A DNA stretch of 64,000 bases from Candidatus Hodarchaeota archaeon (GCA_048887225.1 JBHLJY010000001.1:64001-128000), one strand, 5' to 3'; positions 1 to 9,976 are shown, numbered from the stretch's first letter. A program made the numbers and translations. The notes: a model not told the origin generated them from the letters alone.

Positions 1-1654
1 ATTCCGGAAGGCGATCATGTACATCGGTCATTCCAGCTGCTTTATTAAAATTCCTTTCTGTGTCAATTATTTGCTTTCCAAATCCAGGAACATCACCTAC
101 AGTTAAACTAATTCCTAAAACACCATTTAGTGTATCTACTATGCCTTCAAGACCTTCAGCGATATCGAGGATTGCAAAGGCTACAAAAAGACAATAACCT
201 GTTGAATCTAAGGCTGCTGTCGCTAATTGCAAATTACGAGAGACCTCAGCCTTATCAGTAGCTCTTGGGTCTAGTTGACCTCCTACACCCAAAATTTCAG
301 GAGCAATCGCGTATCCAGCAGTATGATCAGCACCCATAGGAGTTGTGGCATAAGTAACTCCAATACCTTTAATCGCTCTTGGGTCATATGCAGGAAGTCC
401 TTGACCTTTAACTGTAGGAACTCGTGTAACTCCTAATGCTTGAGCTACAAATGATGTTCCATTTGCGAGGAGTCTCCCTGTAGGTGTTTTTTTGTGGATT
501 TCATCCATGAGTTTCAATGCCTCCTTACCATCTCCAAAATTAGTTAATCCTCCCTCCATAGCTACACCAATTGTATCGCCCATTTCGATAGTATCAACAC
601 CTAAATCATTACACGCTCGATTGAGTTCTCCCACATGATCCAAATCATAAATACCGCAGTTTGGACCAAGGGCCCATACACTTTCATATTCTAATACTCC
701 AACAGGATCTTTTCCACCAGGTTTACACCATATTTCGGAACACTGAATTATACAACCAGGACTGCAAAAATGTGGGCGAACACCTCCTCTCTTCTTAATT
801 TCTTCAGCCTTTGCTTCACCAGATACTTTTGCTGAATTATCATCTTGACCTGAAGAAAAATTCCGTTGTGGCAATGCTCCTGCTTCATTTATTATATTAA
901 CTAACACACTTGTACCATATGAATTAAGTGCTCCTTCTGGTTTTGTAACGTCATGTGTATTGAGAGCCTTCGTCAGCTTTTCAATACCTTGGTTAAAGAG
1001 GTCTTCATTTGCTATTTCTACTCCTGGTGCGTCAGTTTCATCAACAACAATAAATTTTAATCCTTTTGATGCCATTACCGCTCCAAGACCTCCCCTACCA
1101 GCATATCTACTTGGTAGTCCTTCAGGATCATTAAAGCAGACTCCTGAAGCTGCTCCTAATAATTCCGCAGCAATTCCAACACTACAAATACCTACTTTAT
1201 CTCCAAATTGCTTAAAGAGATTTTTATATGTATCATATAATCCTTTTCCTGACCATTTATTCGCGTTAATAAATTCTGTTCCATCAATGGTTACTTTCAG
1301 GAGATAATAATCATCTCCTACATGTTTCCCTTCAACTATAATAGCAGCAATTCGCATTCTTCCTAACATCTGAGCAAAAATTGTTCCTGCGTTAGCCTCT
1401 TTGATACCATTCGTTAATGGTGATTTGCCCCCAACTGAAATTCGTCCAGAAGTTGGTGCATCTGTTCCAGTCACTACTCCTGGGGCTAAAACAAGTTTAT
1501 TATTTGGACCTAAAGGATGGCATGTTGGAGGAACCTCATCTGCTACGATAGTTGAGGTCAATGCACGACCTCCTAAAACTTGGTATTTTTCTGGTACATC
1601 TTCGTATTTGGTTTCAAGATTACTCATATTTACTCTTAATATTTTCTTTGGCAT
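1..1654 (-). CDS. aor: Tungsten-type aldehyde:ferredoxin oxidoreductase (runs off the left edge; missed by the ORF track)
   Basis: Manual translation from ATG at 1654: MPKKILRVNMS...GKSPLTNGIKEANAG...AGRGGLGAVMASKGLK...CSPGCIIQC...EYES...NDLGVDTIEMG...DRLPE; AGGTGA SD 4 nt upstream. Confidence 0.92.
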   Translation of the reverse strand, partial: MPKKILRVNMSNLETKYEDVPEKYQVLGGRALTSTIVADEVPPTCHPLGPNNKLVLAPGVVTGTDAPTSGRISVGGKSPLTNGIKEANAGTIFAQMLGRMRIAAIIVEGKHVGDDYYLLKVTIDGTEFINANKWSGKGLYDTYKNLFKQFGDKVGICSVGIAAELLGAASGVCFNDPEGLPSRYAGRGGLGAVMASKGLKFIVVDETDAPGVEIANEDLFNQGIEKLTKALNTHDVTKPEGALNSYGTSVLVNIINEAGALPQRNFSSGQDDNSAKVSGEAKAEEIKKRGGVRPHFCSPGCIIQCSEIWCKPGGKDPVGVLEYESVWALGPNCGIYDLDHVGELNRACNDLGVDTIEMGDTIGVAMEGGLTNFGDGKEALKLMDEIHKKTPTGRLLANGTSFVAQALGVTRVPTVKGQGLPAYDPRAIKGIGVTYATTPMGADHTAGYAIAPEILGVGGQLDPRATDKAEVSRNLQLATAALDSTGYCLFVAFAILDIAEGLEGIVDTLNGVLGISLTVGDVPGFGKQIIDTERNFNKAAGMTDVHDRLPE

Positions 1655-1752
1655 AATTTCACCTTTTTATAATTTCTTTTTTTTGACAATCTGTTGCTAA
1701 TTTAAAATTAATTCTTTTTTCATATTTAATTATATCTTTGAGTAGAACTTAT

Positions 1753-1780
1753 ATCGTTATGTATGAATGTAAATAACGCT
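1753..1780. promoter_or_regulatory. ModE-like molybdate/tungstate-responsive operator upstream of aor
   Basis: atCGTTATGTA-TGAATG-TAAATAACGct resembles the ModE box CGTTATATA-N6-TATATAACG; about 100 nt upstream of a Mo/W enzyme gene, next to a putative BRE/TATA (minus strand, about 1724-1739). Confidence 0.6.
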
Positions 1781-1826
1781 ATGTATTAATTATATCTTTC
1801 AAAAATTATGGGTGCCAAAAGAAGTA

Positions 1827-1901
1827 CAGGCTCGGAGGGATTCGAACCCTCGATCTTCGGCTTAGGAGGCCGCTGCCCTATCCTAACTAGGCCACGAGCC
1901 T
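1827..1901 (-). tRNA. tRNA-Arg(CCU), intronless, CCA not encoded
   Basis: Reverse complement AGGCTCG-TG-GCCTAGTTAGGATAGGGC-A-GCGGC-CTCCTAA-GCCGA-AGATC-GAGGG-TTCGAAT-CCCTC-CGAGCCT-G folds as a cloverleaf with anticodon CCT. Confidence 0.95.
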
Positions 1902-1926
1902 AAATTTTTGTGAAAATCAGTTTGGA

Positions 1927-2088
1927 TTAGAGGTTCAAGGTGCCCCGGTAATATGCTGCTCCACATTCACCACAAAAATATTTATTTTTTATAATAATTG
2001 CTTTTTCAAGAGGGATTTCTTTTTGGCAATTCATTACACAGCATTTCACCATTTTTTTCCCATTCTCTGTATCGTTTACTTTTGCCAT
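1927..2088 (-). CDS. Small Cys-rich zinc-finger protein (53 aa, below ORF-track cutoff)
   Basis: MAKVNDTENGKKMVKCCVMNCQKEIPLEKAIIIKNKYFCGECGAAYYRGTLNL; two Cys pairs with LIM/treble-clef-like spacing. Confidence 0.7.
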   Translation of the reverse strand: MAKVNDTENGKKMVKCCVMNCQKEIPLEKAIIIKNKYFCGECGAAYYRGTLNL

Positions 2089-2173
2089 TAAAATCGATTA
2101 TATTTTTATAACCTTTAGTGGTAATAAATAGGATTTTTTTTATTTTTTAAATTCTTTATTTTTCTTTTTCAGA

Positions 2174-2578
2174 TTAGGCAGATGGAGCTGCTAATGCTAA
2201 AATTTGGCCTACAATTGCCACTTGCGAGGCTCCTTTAATTTTACCTCCCACTATTTTTCTAAGCCATTTTCCAGTACCCCAATTTGCTGCGCTTATTAGA
2301 GTTTGCATTGTAGGAAATCTCCAGTAACCCCACCAATAGAGATTTTTCCTACTTAAATTTTCTTTTGGTTCGGTTCTTATCCCTTCGACTGTTATTTGTT
2401 CATCTTCAACTGTAATTAAAGCAGCCCATTTATTTTCTTCATTATTTAAAAGAACACGAGTGCGTATTCCTTTAATAATATCTATACATTCTTTCTTATC
2501 TTTAACAGAATTTATTATATTGTTTATAAACGCCGCAAAACCTCTGAGCTTTGGTTTTTTTGGTTTTTCGTTAGACAT
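2174..2578 (-). CDS. Hypothetical protein, possibly SCP2 lipid-binding fold
   Basis: ORF, likely start MSNEKPKK at 2578; C-terminal WLRKIVGGKIKG resembles SCP2 AFMxGKLKIxG. Confidence 0.5.
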   Translation of the reverse strand: MSNEKPKKPKLRGFAAFINNIINSVKDKKECIDIIKGIRTRVLLNNEENKWAALITVEDEQITVEGIRTEPKENLSRKNLYWWGYWRFPTMQTLISAANWGTGKWLRKIVGGKIKGASQVAIVGQILALAAPSA

Positions 2579-2819
2579 GTTAATTAATTTAAAAGAAGTG
2601 TTATTTTTAAAATTTGTATTCAATTTCTTTTATTTTAACATTTAAAGCAATTTACTTGATTTTACAATTTTCTTCTTTTTTGTTAAATCTTTAAATTAAT
2701 TACATTTTTGTATTCTTTAATAAAACTAAATCTAAATTAGATCAAAAGGTTTTAATTGCGAATTGTTTTTTAATAATTAGAATTTTTTTATTAATTTTTT
2801 TTTTTAGTGTATTTCAAAT

Positions 2820-3101
2820 ATGGAACGAAAGATTCAGCAGAAATCTCGTAGACCTATTGATTATTTAAAAGATTCGATAAATAAAGTTATTTTAATAAAG
2901 GTTAAAAGGAACCGACTGTTTAGAGGGAAATTGGAAGGATTTGATGAGCATTTAAATTTATATCTTGAGGGGACTTCCCAAATTTTTGAATATCAAGATG
3001 AAGATGGGAACATACGTGAAGAACACGAAAATTTAGGTTCAATCGTTGTGCGTGGAGATAATGTTATCTTTGTTGATCTAGCACGAAACAACATGTTTTG
3101 A
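2820..3101 (+). CDS. Sm-like (Lsm/SmAP) RNA-binding protein
   Basis: Sm1 motif RPIDYL...FRGKLEGFDEHLNLYL and Sm2 motif LGSIVVRGDNVIFV. Confidence 0.93.
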   Translation: MERKIQQKSRRPIDYLKDSINKVILIKVKRNRLFRGKLEGFDEHLNLYLEGTSQIFEYQDEDGNIREEHENLGSIVVRGDNVIFVDLARNNMF

Positions 3102-3231
3102 GGCCCTCTCCTTAAATCATCAATATGAAAGAATCTATTTAAGTTTTTATACCTCTATTCTTTTGTTATTATTAGAGTAATAGAGTATTAAGAAAAGTAG
3201 ATAAACATATAAATAAAGTTTTATAAGAGAA

Positions 3232-5337
3232 TTGAGCTATTTACATCCCATAGAAGAGATTGTAGGGAAATCATTTTTAGTTAATCCAAACTTAGGCCAT
3301 CCAATGATTCTAAGTATAGATCCTGAGCTAAAAAATGATGATTTTGAAATAAATTTGTTATATATTAGCAATATAAAAGATCCTAAAAAATTTGAGAAAC
3401 ACATTACCAAAAGAATAAAAATAATCCCTATTCTCGAGTATAAGTGGAAGCTGAAATTAATACTAGAAAAAATGAGAAAAGAAATCGATTTAAAAAAAAA
3501 AGAAAAGAAGAAAAGTTTTTGGCAAAGATGGAAGGAAAGAAGGTCTTCAAAAAAAAAGAAAAAATTAAAAACTTCAGAAACAGAGAGTAAAACGCTTGAG
3601 TCTGATTTTGTTGAAATCGAACTCGAAGACGAAAGATTAAGAAGATTAAAACCACGAGCATTTCGAGGAGATCCAATAATTCCAACAATATGGAAAGTCG
3701 AAAATGTCTCTATAACTGCGATTAATGATCTAAATTATGAGGAATATTGTAGCCCGCATGATCATTTGTTAAAACATAATATTTATGGCAATTTAGATCT
3801 TTTCTTTAGGGTAACAATTAGGTTTGATTTAACAGAAGAAGTAATAGAATTTTTAAAAAGGCGGAAATTTGTCATGTTTGATATTGTACAAAAAATAGAT
3901 AACTTTCAAAATCGAATAAATTATCATTCAATTGTTATTTCAAAACAAGATTGGGAAAATTTTACTTTCATTCATGCCACAGATTTACATATAGCTGAGA
4001 GAAATGATAAAATATACGAAATTATTAAAAAATGGACAAAAATATTCAGTGGAGATTATCTAAATGCAATTACAAAAGAAAAAGATTTTAAAATCGAAGG
4101 ATTAGAAGAAAAAGAATTACTAAAAGATGATGAAATACATAAACCTTTAAAAAAAAGATTAGTAAATCCGAATAATCAATTTAGACGGTTTATTAAATTA
4201 ATGAATAGAAAGGTTCTACAGAATGAGTTAGATTTCATAGCTTTAACAGGTGATCTTATTGATTTTTCTTTATTAAGTAAATTTCCAAAAGAATTGAAAA
4301 TGTTTGACTATAGCCACAGTAATTGGAAAACTTTTAAAGAAATAGTGTTAAATTTGCCTCAAAAAAAAAGAAAAGGTAATGTTAAAGGGGAAGAACTATT
4401 ATGCCCCATATTTACAATTCCCGGTAATCACGATTATCGCCCTTTTCATTATGATATAAGATGGGCAGGATTTTATAGAAAAATGGGTCTAAAAGCATCC
4501 GAGGCACTTGCTTTAAACGATAAGTTGTTAGCTTTACCTGTTTCTGCGATTATAAAAAGTAAAAAATCTTTAAAAGGATATTGGTTAGAGATCAATCCTT
4601 CATTAGATTATTTTCTAAAGTTTGGAAAATCTAACTTTATTTTTTTAAACACAGGTTCAGATTCCTTTAAAAATCTTAGTGATCTCGTAACAGGTCATCC
4701 TTCATTAACAGGACTTAAAAAGAAACAAATCAGTTATTTAGAAAATTTAATTAAGAATAAAATCCAACAAGGAGATAATACTTTCCTTTTTCTTCATGGA
4801 CCAGTAATTAATCCAAAAAAGAAAATGGGCATTCTTAAAAGGATCAAACATAAATTTGGGAAAAGGATTTCAACAAAAATAGATGAATTTAGAGAATCTC
4901 TGCTTAGAAAGTTTGTAAAAAAAACCTCAAAAATCCGCATTGATAAAAAATTTAACGTGAAATATGGAACTGTTTCATCAAATTGGGAAAAACTTGTTAA
5001 ATTTTGCAAAGATTATTGCGTTCTTACTATGACTGGACATACACATACTCTTAAAGAGTTTAGATTAGGAGACCCAGAACATAAAAAATCAAAAGTATTT
5101 GATGCTCCTCCGTTTAGCTTAAAAAAAATAGAAAATCCAGCAGCAATTTTTTTTGATACATATTCAGAGGTTTTTACAAATGCAAAAGATATAGAAAAAT
5201 TTGGACCATTTGTAGTTCAAACACCAGCATTAGGATTAGCTGGGTATAGGAGTCCTAGATTGGTCGGTGCATATAGAGTGATAAAAATTAAGCATGGAAA
5301 ATTATCTTCTTTCAAAGTTAAATATATCCATAGATGA
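3232..5337 (+). CDS. Calcineurin-like metallophosphoesterase with long N-terminal extension
   Basis: Motifs HATDLH, LTGDLID, PGNHD, HGP, GHTH. Confidence 0.8.
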   Translation: MSYLHPIEEIVGKSFLVNPNLGHPMILSIDPELKNDDFEINLLYISNIKDPKKFEKHITKRIKIIPILEYKWKLKLILEKMRKEIDLKKKEKKKSFWQRWKERRSSKKKKKLKTSETESKTLESDFVEIELEDERLRRLKPRAFRGDPIIPTIWKVENVSITAINDLNYEEYCSPHDHLLKHNIYGNLDLFFRVTIRFDLTEEVIEFLKRRKFVMFDIVQKIDNFQNRINYHSIVISKQDWENFTFIHATDLHIAERNDKIYEIIKKWTKIFSGDYLNAITKEKDFKIEGLEEKELLKDDEIHKPLKKRLVNPNNQFRRFIKLMNRKVLQNELDFIALTGDLIDFSLLSKFPKELKMFDYSHSNWKTFKEIVLNLPQKKRKGNVKGEELLCPIFTIPGNHDYRPFHYDIRWAGFYRKMGLKASEALALNDKLLALPVSAIIKSKKSLKGYWLEINPSLDYFLKFGKSNFIFLNTGSDSFKNLSDLVTGHPSLTGLKKKQISYLENLIKNKIQQGDNTFLFLHGPVINPKKKMGILKRIKHKFGKRISTKIDEFRESLLRKFVKKTSKIRIDKKFNVKYGTVSSNWEKLVKFCKDYCVLTMTGHTHTLKEFRLGDPEHKKSKVFDAPPFSLKKIENPAAIFFDTYSEVFTNAKDIEKFGPFVVQTPALGLAGYRSPRLVGAYRVIKIKHGKLSSFKVKYIHR

Positions 5338-5408
5338 TATATGTTTATATATCTCAAATTTTACGTTTAATTTAAAATTTTAACGAACATTATATATTTT
5401 TAGAGAAT

Positions 5409-6179
5409 ATGGAGAATATAATTTATTGTTTTTCAGGCACAGGGAATTCTTTAAAAATAAGTCGAGACCTTGCTAAAGACTTGGAAAATACAAAAATCAT
5501 TGCTATTTCAAAAGCAATTAACGAGGAAATAAATTTTCCTATTAATAAAGTTGGCTTTGTTTTTCCCGTTTATTTCGGAGCACTCCCTCCTATTGTAGCA
5601 GAATTTATTAGAAAGCTAAACGTCGATCAAATAACTTATATCTATGCTGTTGCTACGTGTAATGATTTTCCAGGGGGAACCATCAATATTATAGCAAAAA
5701 TTTTGAAAAATAAAGGGAAGAAATTAAACGCAAGCTTTGTTATTAAAATGCCGGGAAATTATATTCCGATGTATTCTCCACCATCTAAAGAGGACCAACT
5801 AAAAAGATTTAATATAGCAAATCAAAAAGTTAAAGAAATTATTAAAATCATTGAAGGGGCTAAATCAATTAAAAAAACACCTGGTTTGGGTAAATTACTC
5901 ACATTCCTTCAAAAAAGAAACGATCGTAAATTACTCTTAAAGGATACAAATTTTTGGGTTGATGAAAATTGTAATAGCTGCGAAATTTGTCAAAAAATTT
6001 GCCCTGTCCAAAATATTGAAATAATTGAAGGGAAACCCCTATGGCTTCATAAATGTCAGCAATGTTTAGCTTGTTTACATTGGTGTCCAAAAGAAGCCAT
6101 TCAATACGGGAAAAAAACAATAGGAAGGGCTCGCTATCACCATCCAGACGTCACATTAGAAGATCTAATAGATCAATAG
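5409..6179 (+). CDS. EFR1-family ferredoxin (flavodoxin domain plus 2x[4Fe-4S])
   Basis: FSGTGNS, FPVY, MPGNY, CNSCEICQKICP, CQQCLACLHWCP, RYHHP. Confidence 0.9.
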   Translation: MENIIYCFSGTGNSLKISRDLAKDLENTKIIAISKAINEEINFPINKVGFVFPVYFGALPPIVAEFIRKLNVDQITYIYAVATCNDFPGGTINIIAKILKNKGKKLNASFVIKMPGNYIPMYSPPSKEDQLKRFNIANQKVKEIIKIIEGAKSIKKTPGLGKLLTFLQKRNDRKLLLKDTNFWVDENCNSCEICQKICPVQNIEIIEGKPLWLHKCQQCLACLHWCPKEAIQYGKKTIGRARYHHPDVTLEDLIDQ

Positions 6180-6220
6180 CAACAATTCTTCTCCTTTATT
6201 TTATTAGCATCTATTTTAAT

Positions 6221-7699
6221 TTATAGATGAATTGGTCGTCCTTTTTTATGAATCGCTGTACCAATGACAGATTCTACACCCTCTAGGACCATCTCTGATA
6301 GTGTTGGATGACTATGTATTGTATCAGCAACATGTTGAACGGTTAAACCATTTTGTATTGCTAAAGCAATCTCTGCGATTAATTCAGGTGCTTCAGCACC
6401 TATACATGACGCACCAATAATTTTTTGGGATACTTTATCAGCAAGAACCATTAAAAATCCATCTTCCTTACCCATACACTTAGCCTTGCCAAGAGATTTG
6501 TATGGAAATGTACCCATTAACACGTCAATACCTTGATTTTGTGCGATTTTTCTTCTTAGCCCTACTGATCCAATAATAGGATATGTCCATATAGTAGATG
6601 GTATTACTGCATAATTTGCTTTCATTTCCTTGACTGGAAAGCCTCCGATGCTTGATAACGCATTTGCTACCGCAATTTTACCCTCATAACTACTCACATG
6701 AGCTAGCATAAGGCCACCTGTTACATCTCCTATAGCATATACTCCCTTAACATTAGTTTCTAAAGTATCTGGATTTACCTTAATTGCGCCTCGCTCAGTT
6801 TTAATTCCAAGTTCTTCAAGTCCAAGATTTTTGGATTCTTTTTTCCGACCATTTGTGACCAAGCAATATTCTGCTTCAAAGAAAGTCTTTTCAGCGGTGT
6901 TAATTTCCTCCCTAGGAACATTTGAAGAATAAGTTATAGCTTTAACTCCAGAACCTGTATTTTCAACCGATAAAACGTTCTGCGAAGTATAAAGTTCTAT
7001 TCCTTTAGAAACCAATTTCTTTTGTAATTCTTTAATAATCAAAGATTCTTCGGTAGCTATAGGTGAAGGAAAAAATTCCAATAAGGTGATCTTACTACCA
7101 AACGATGCAAAAATAGTAGCAAATTCACAACCACTAACACCAGCCCCAATTATTAATAATCGTTTTGGTACTATTGTAAAAGTTGGTTCTAAAATATCAT
7201 CAGTAGTTAAAATTCGTTTATGATCAATATTAAAATTAGGTATAATAGCTGGTGATGAGCCAGTTGCGATTATCATTCTTTTAGCGATAATAGTCTTATT
7301 ATCTTGACCTTGAATTGAAACTTTAAATCCAGTATTGATATCTCCACCTAAAATCTTACCAAAACCATAATAAACGTCGTTTTTCCACGCTTTTTCTAGG
7401 GCTTTAATACCTTCAGTTAATTCTTGAACAATTCTATTCTTTCTTTCAACAGCATTAGTAAAATTTAATTTATATTCTTTAATTTCAATTCCAAAATCTT
7501 CCGCGTTCTTAATTTTCTCAATTAGTTCCGCTGAAGTGTACAAAGCCTTTGTAGGTATACACCCTCTATTAAGACAAGTTCCTCCCAATTTATCTTTCTC
7601 AATTAAAGCAACTTTTGCACCATACTGCGCCGCTCTAATCGCTGCTTGGTAGCCTCCTGGACCGGCTCCTAATATCGCAATATCGTATTGTTCGCTCAT
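6221..7699 (-). CDS. lpdA: Dihydrolipoyl dehydrogenase
   Basis: GAGPGGY, GGTCLNRGCIPTK redox disulfide, C-terminal HPTLSE. Confidence 0.93.
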   Translation of the reverse strand: MSEQYDIAILGAGPGGYQAAIRAAQYGAKVALIEKDKLGGTCLNRGCIPTKALYTSAELIEKIKNAEDFGIEIKEYKLNFTNAVERKNRIVQELTEGIKALEKAWKNDVYYGFGKILGGDINTGFKVSIQGQDNKTIIAKRMIIATGSSPAIIPNFNIDHKRILTTDDILEPTFTIVPKRLLIIGAGVSGCEFATIFASFGSKITLLEFFPSPIATEESLIIKELQKKLVSKGIELYTSQNVLSVENTGSGVKAITYSSNVPREEINTAEKTFFEAEYCLVTNGRKKESKNLGLEELGIKTERGAIKVNPDTLETNVKGVYAIGDVTGGLMLAHVSSYEGKIAVANALSSIGGFPVKEMKANYAVIPSTIWTYPIIGSVGLRRKIAQNQGIDVLMGTFPYKSLGKAKCMGKEDGFLMVLADKVSQKIIGASCIGAEAPELIAEIALAIQNGLTVQHVADTIHSHPTLSEMVLEGVESVIGTAIHKKGRPIHL

Positions 7700-7775
7700 T
7701 TTCTAATCAATTTCAGTAAATAATATGAAATATATACTTCTAATTAATTCTATCAAATTAATAATTTGATAAAAA

Positions 7776-9194
7776 GTGATATTACTGTTTATTAAAAATT
7801 TTTCTCAGTTTTTTACAAGAAATTTGAAAGAATCCCAATTAAATTTAAGAAAAGTCGGATTGGAATCATTAGAGAAAGCACTAGATGCAGTAAAGCCTGA
7901 AAATTTAATGGCAAAATCTATCAAAATTCAAAATAATTTTTTAATCGTTCAAAAAGATAGATTTAATCTAAGTAATTATGATAAAATATATATTATTGGT
8001 GGGGGTAAGGCTACAGCGCAGATGGTTCTCTCTCTCGAGAAAATCTTGCTAGAATCTACTAACATCCAGTATGAAGGTATTGTAAATATTCCAAAGGGAC
8101 TAGACATTATTTCAAATATAACTGGAAAAATTATTTTTAATTACGCTTCACACCCAATTCCAAAGGAGAATGGATTAAGCGGAACTAAATCAATGATGGA
8201 AATTATTAAAAAAACCTCAAATAGAGATTTAGTTATTTGTTTAATATCTGGAGGAGGGTCTGCTTTATTACCTTTACCTAAAAAAGGGATAAAAATCAAC
8301 GATTTACAAGAAGTAAACTCGTTGCTTTTAGCATGTGGAGCGTCAATACACGAAATTAATACTGTTCGGAAGCATTTGTCTGATTTTAAAGGGGGTAATC
8401 TCGCTAAGAAATTGTACAACTCAAGCAGAGCTACATTAATCACTTTAATTATATCAGATGTAGTGGGAGACAATCTTGATTCAATAGCTTCTGGACCAAC
8501 TGTACCAGATAAGACTACATTCAGTGAAGCTGTAGAAATTTTTAAAAAATATAGTATCTTTGAAAGTCTTCCGACTTCCGTCAAAAATATTTTAGAGAGA
8601 GGAATAAATAATGAAGAATTAGAAAATCCAAAATCCTCTGATATTTGTTTTAATAATGTTCATAACTATTTAATAGGAAGTGTTACTTCGGCAGTTGAAG
8701 AAATAAGATTTTATTTAAGAGAACGGGATTTTGAAGTAGATTATTTTTCTAACGAAATTACGGGGGAAGCACAAGATTTTGGAAGAAAACTCTATCAAGT
8801 ACTAATTCAAAAAATAAAAGAAAAATTTAATCAAGATAAAATTGCGTTAATTGGAACGGGTGAATTAACGGTTACAATTAAAGGCAATGGGATTGGAGGA
8901 AGAAATCAAGAAATGCTTTTAGCATTTCTTGATTTTATTAAAGAAAAGAGAATTCTTAATGATTTTTTAATAATTGCTGCCAATTTAGATGGTATTGAGG
9001 GTAACAGCAAAGCAATGGGTGCTCTAGTTGATAATTTTACCTTATCTCAAACCAATAGAAAAAAAATCGATACTAAAAAATATCTAGATAACAATGACTC
9101 TAATAGCTTTTTCAAAGCTCTTAAAAGCGAAATAATTTCAGGTCCAACAGGTTGTAATGTGAACGACATTTTAATTATATTAATAGAGAAATAG
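7776..9194 (+). CDS. Glycerate 2-kinase (MOFRL family)
   Basis: GGGKA, ASHPIP, LISGGGSAL, SDVVGD, GGRNQE, TGCNVND. Confidence 0.9.
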   Translation: MILLFIKNFSQFFTRNLKESQLNLRKVGLESLEKALDAVKPENLMAKSIKIQNNFLIVQKDRFNLSNYDKIYIIGGGKATAQMVLSLEKILLESTNIQYEGIVNIPKGLDIISNITGKIIFNYASHPIPKENGLSGTKSMMEIIKKTSNRDLVICLISGGGSALLPLPKKGIKINDLQEVNSLLLACGASIHEINTVRKHLSDFKGGNLAKKLYNSSRATLITLIISDVVGDNLDSIASGPTVPDKTTFSEAVEIFKKYSIFESLPTSVKNILERGINNEELENPKSSDICFNNVHNYLIGSVTSAVEEIRFYLRERDFEVDYFSNEITGEAQDFGRKLYQVLIQKIKEKFNQDKIALIGTGELTVTIKGNGIGGRNQEMLLAFLDFIKEKRILNDFLIIAANLDGIEGNSKAMGALVDNFTLSQTNRKKIDTKKYLDNNDSNSFFKALKSEIISGPTGCNVNDILIILIEK

Positions 9195-9268
9195 AATCTG
9201 TAATAATTAATACCTAAATTTCTTTTAATTATATGAGTTAATTAAATAATAGATTAGGAGTTAAAATA

Positions 9269-9436
9269 ATGAATAAGAATTTAATAAGAACCTGTCCGGC
9301 ATGTGGGTATAGCTTTAGACCGTTTGATTCACAAAAGAAAGAAAAGATAAAGACATGTCCAATGTGCGGTTATAAATTTATTGAACCAACCATCTTGCCA
9401 GAGAAACCAAAAGATTTTAATAATAAATATATTTAA
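9269..9436 (+). CDS. Small zinc-ribbon protein (55 aa, below ORF-track cutoff)
   Basis: MNKNLIRTCPACGYSF...KTCPMCGYKF...; two CPxCG knuckles; GGAG SD upstream. Confidence 0.8.
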   Translation: MNKNLIRTCPACGYSFRPFDSQKKEKIKTCPMCGYKFIEPTILPEKPKDFNNKYI

Positions 9437-9541
9437 ATGGGATTTTTAGACAATTTTCACTTAATCTCCCCCATACAAATCACATATAAATAAAATCCTA
9501 AACAAAAGTAAAGCTCCTAAAAATGAGGACTCTACCGAAAT

Positions 9542-9976
9542 TTAAACAAAATAAGCTTTTATTTCATCCTTAAAAGGTTCAAACAAAGTTATATTTGTAA
9601 AATCTCCCCCATCGTATTTTTGACGGAAATTTTCTAAGATAGGATTTGTTTTTTTTAAAAATTTAAATACTAATTTATCTGGATTTTTTTTTTTCTTCTC
9701 AGTTAATCCGTACAAAATCAATGGTTCAGCAGATTTTGATCTTTTGGATTTCACTTCTGACATTTTGAAAATAAATAATATATTGCCACTTTCTAGATAT
9801 TCTAAATTATTATTGCTAAAGGCGGTTTCAGCAAATATACTAATTGCTGATACAAAGGCACCTCTCAAATCCTTTTTAACACCATCTTCCTTGTGAGCAG
9901 GAAGCTCTTTAAAGGTATGACTTACGATAGTAAATCCACGAAATATAAATCCAATTTCATAGATTAAATCTTTCAT
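9542..9976 (-). CDS. Longin-like domain protein (putative eukaryotic signature protein)
   Basis: 144 aa; N-terminal beta hairpin, helix DLRGAFVSAISIFAE, strands LEYLESGNILFIF and LILYGL, C-terminal F..F...I helix. Confidence 0.55.
   Translation of the reverse strand: MKDLIYEIGFIFRGFTIVSHTFKELPAHKEDGVKKDLRGAFVSAISIFAETAFSNNNLEYLESGNILFIFKMSEVKSKRSKSAEPLILYGLTEKKKKNPDKLVFKFLKKTNPILENFRQKYDGGDFTNITLFEPFKDEIKAYFV

Noticed and set aside
960-1700. Plus-strand ORFs 960..1307 and 1401..1700
   Set aside because: Antisense shadows of aor.
7776-7790. Possible CTG start (7785) for glycerate kinase
   Set aside because: An in-frame GTG at 7776 suffices; this cannot be resolved from sequence alone.
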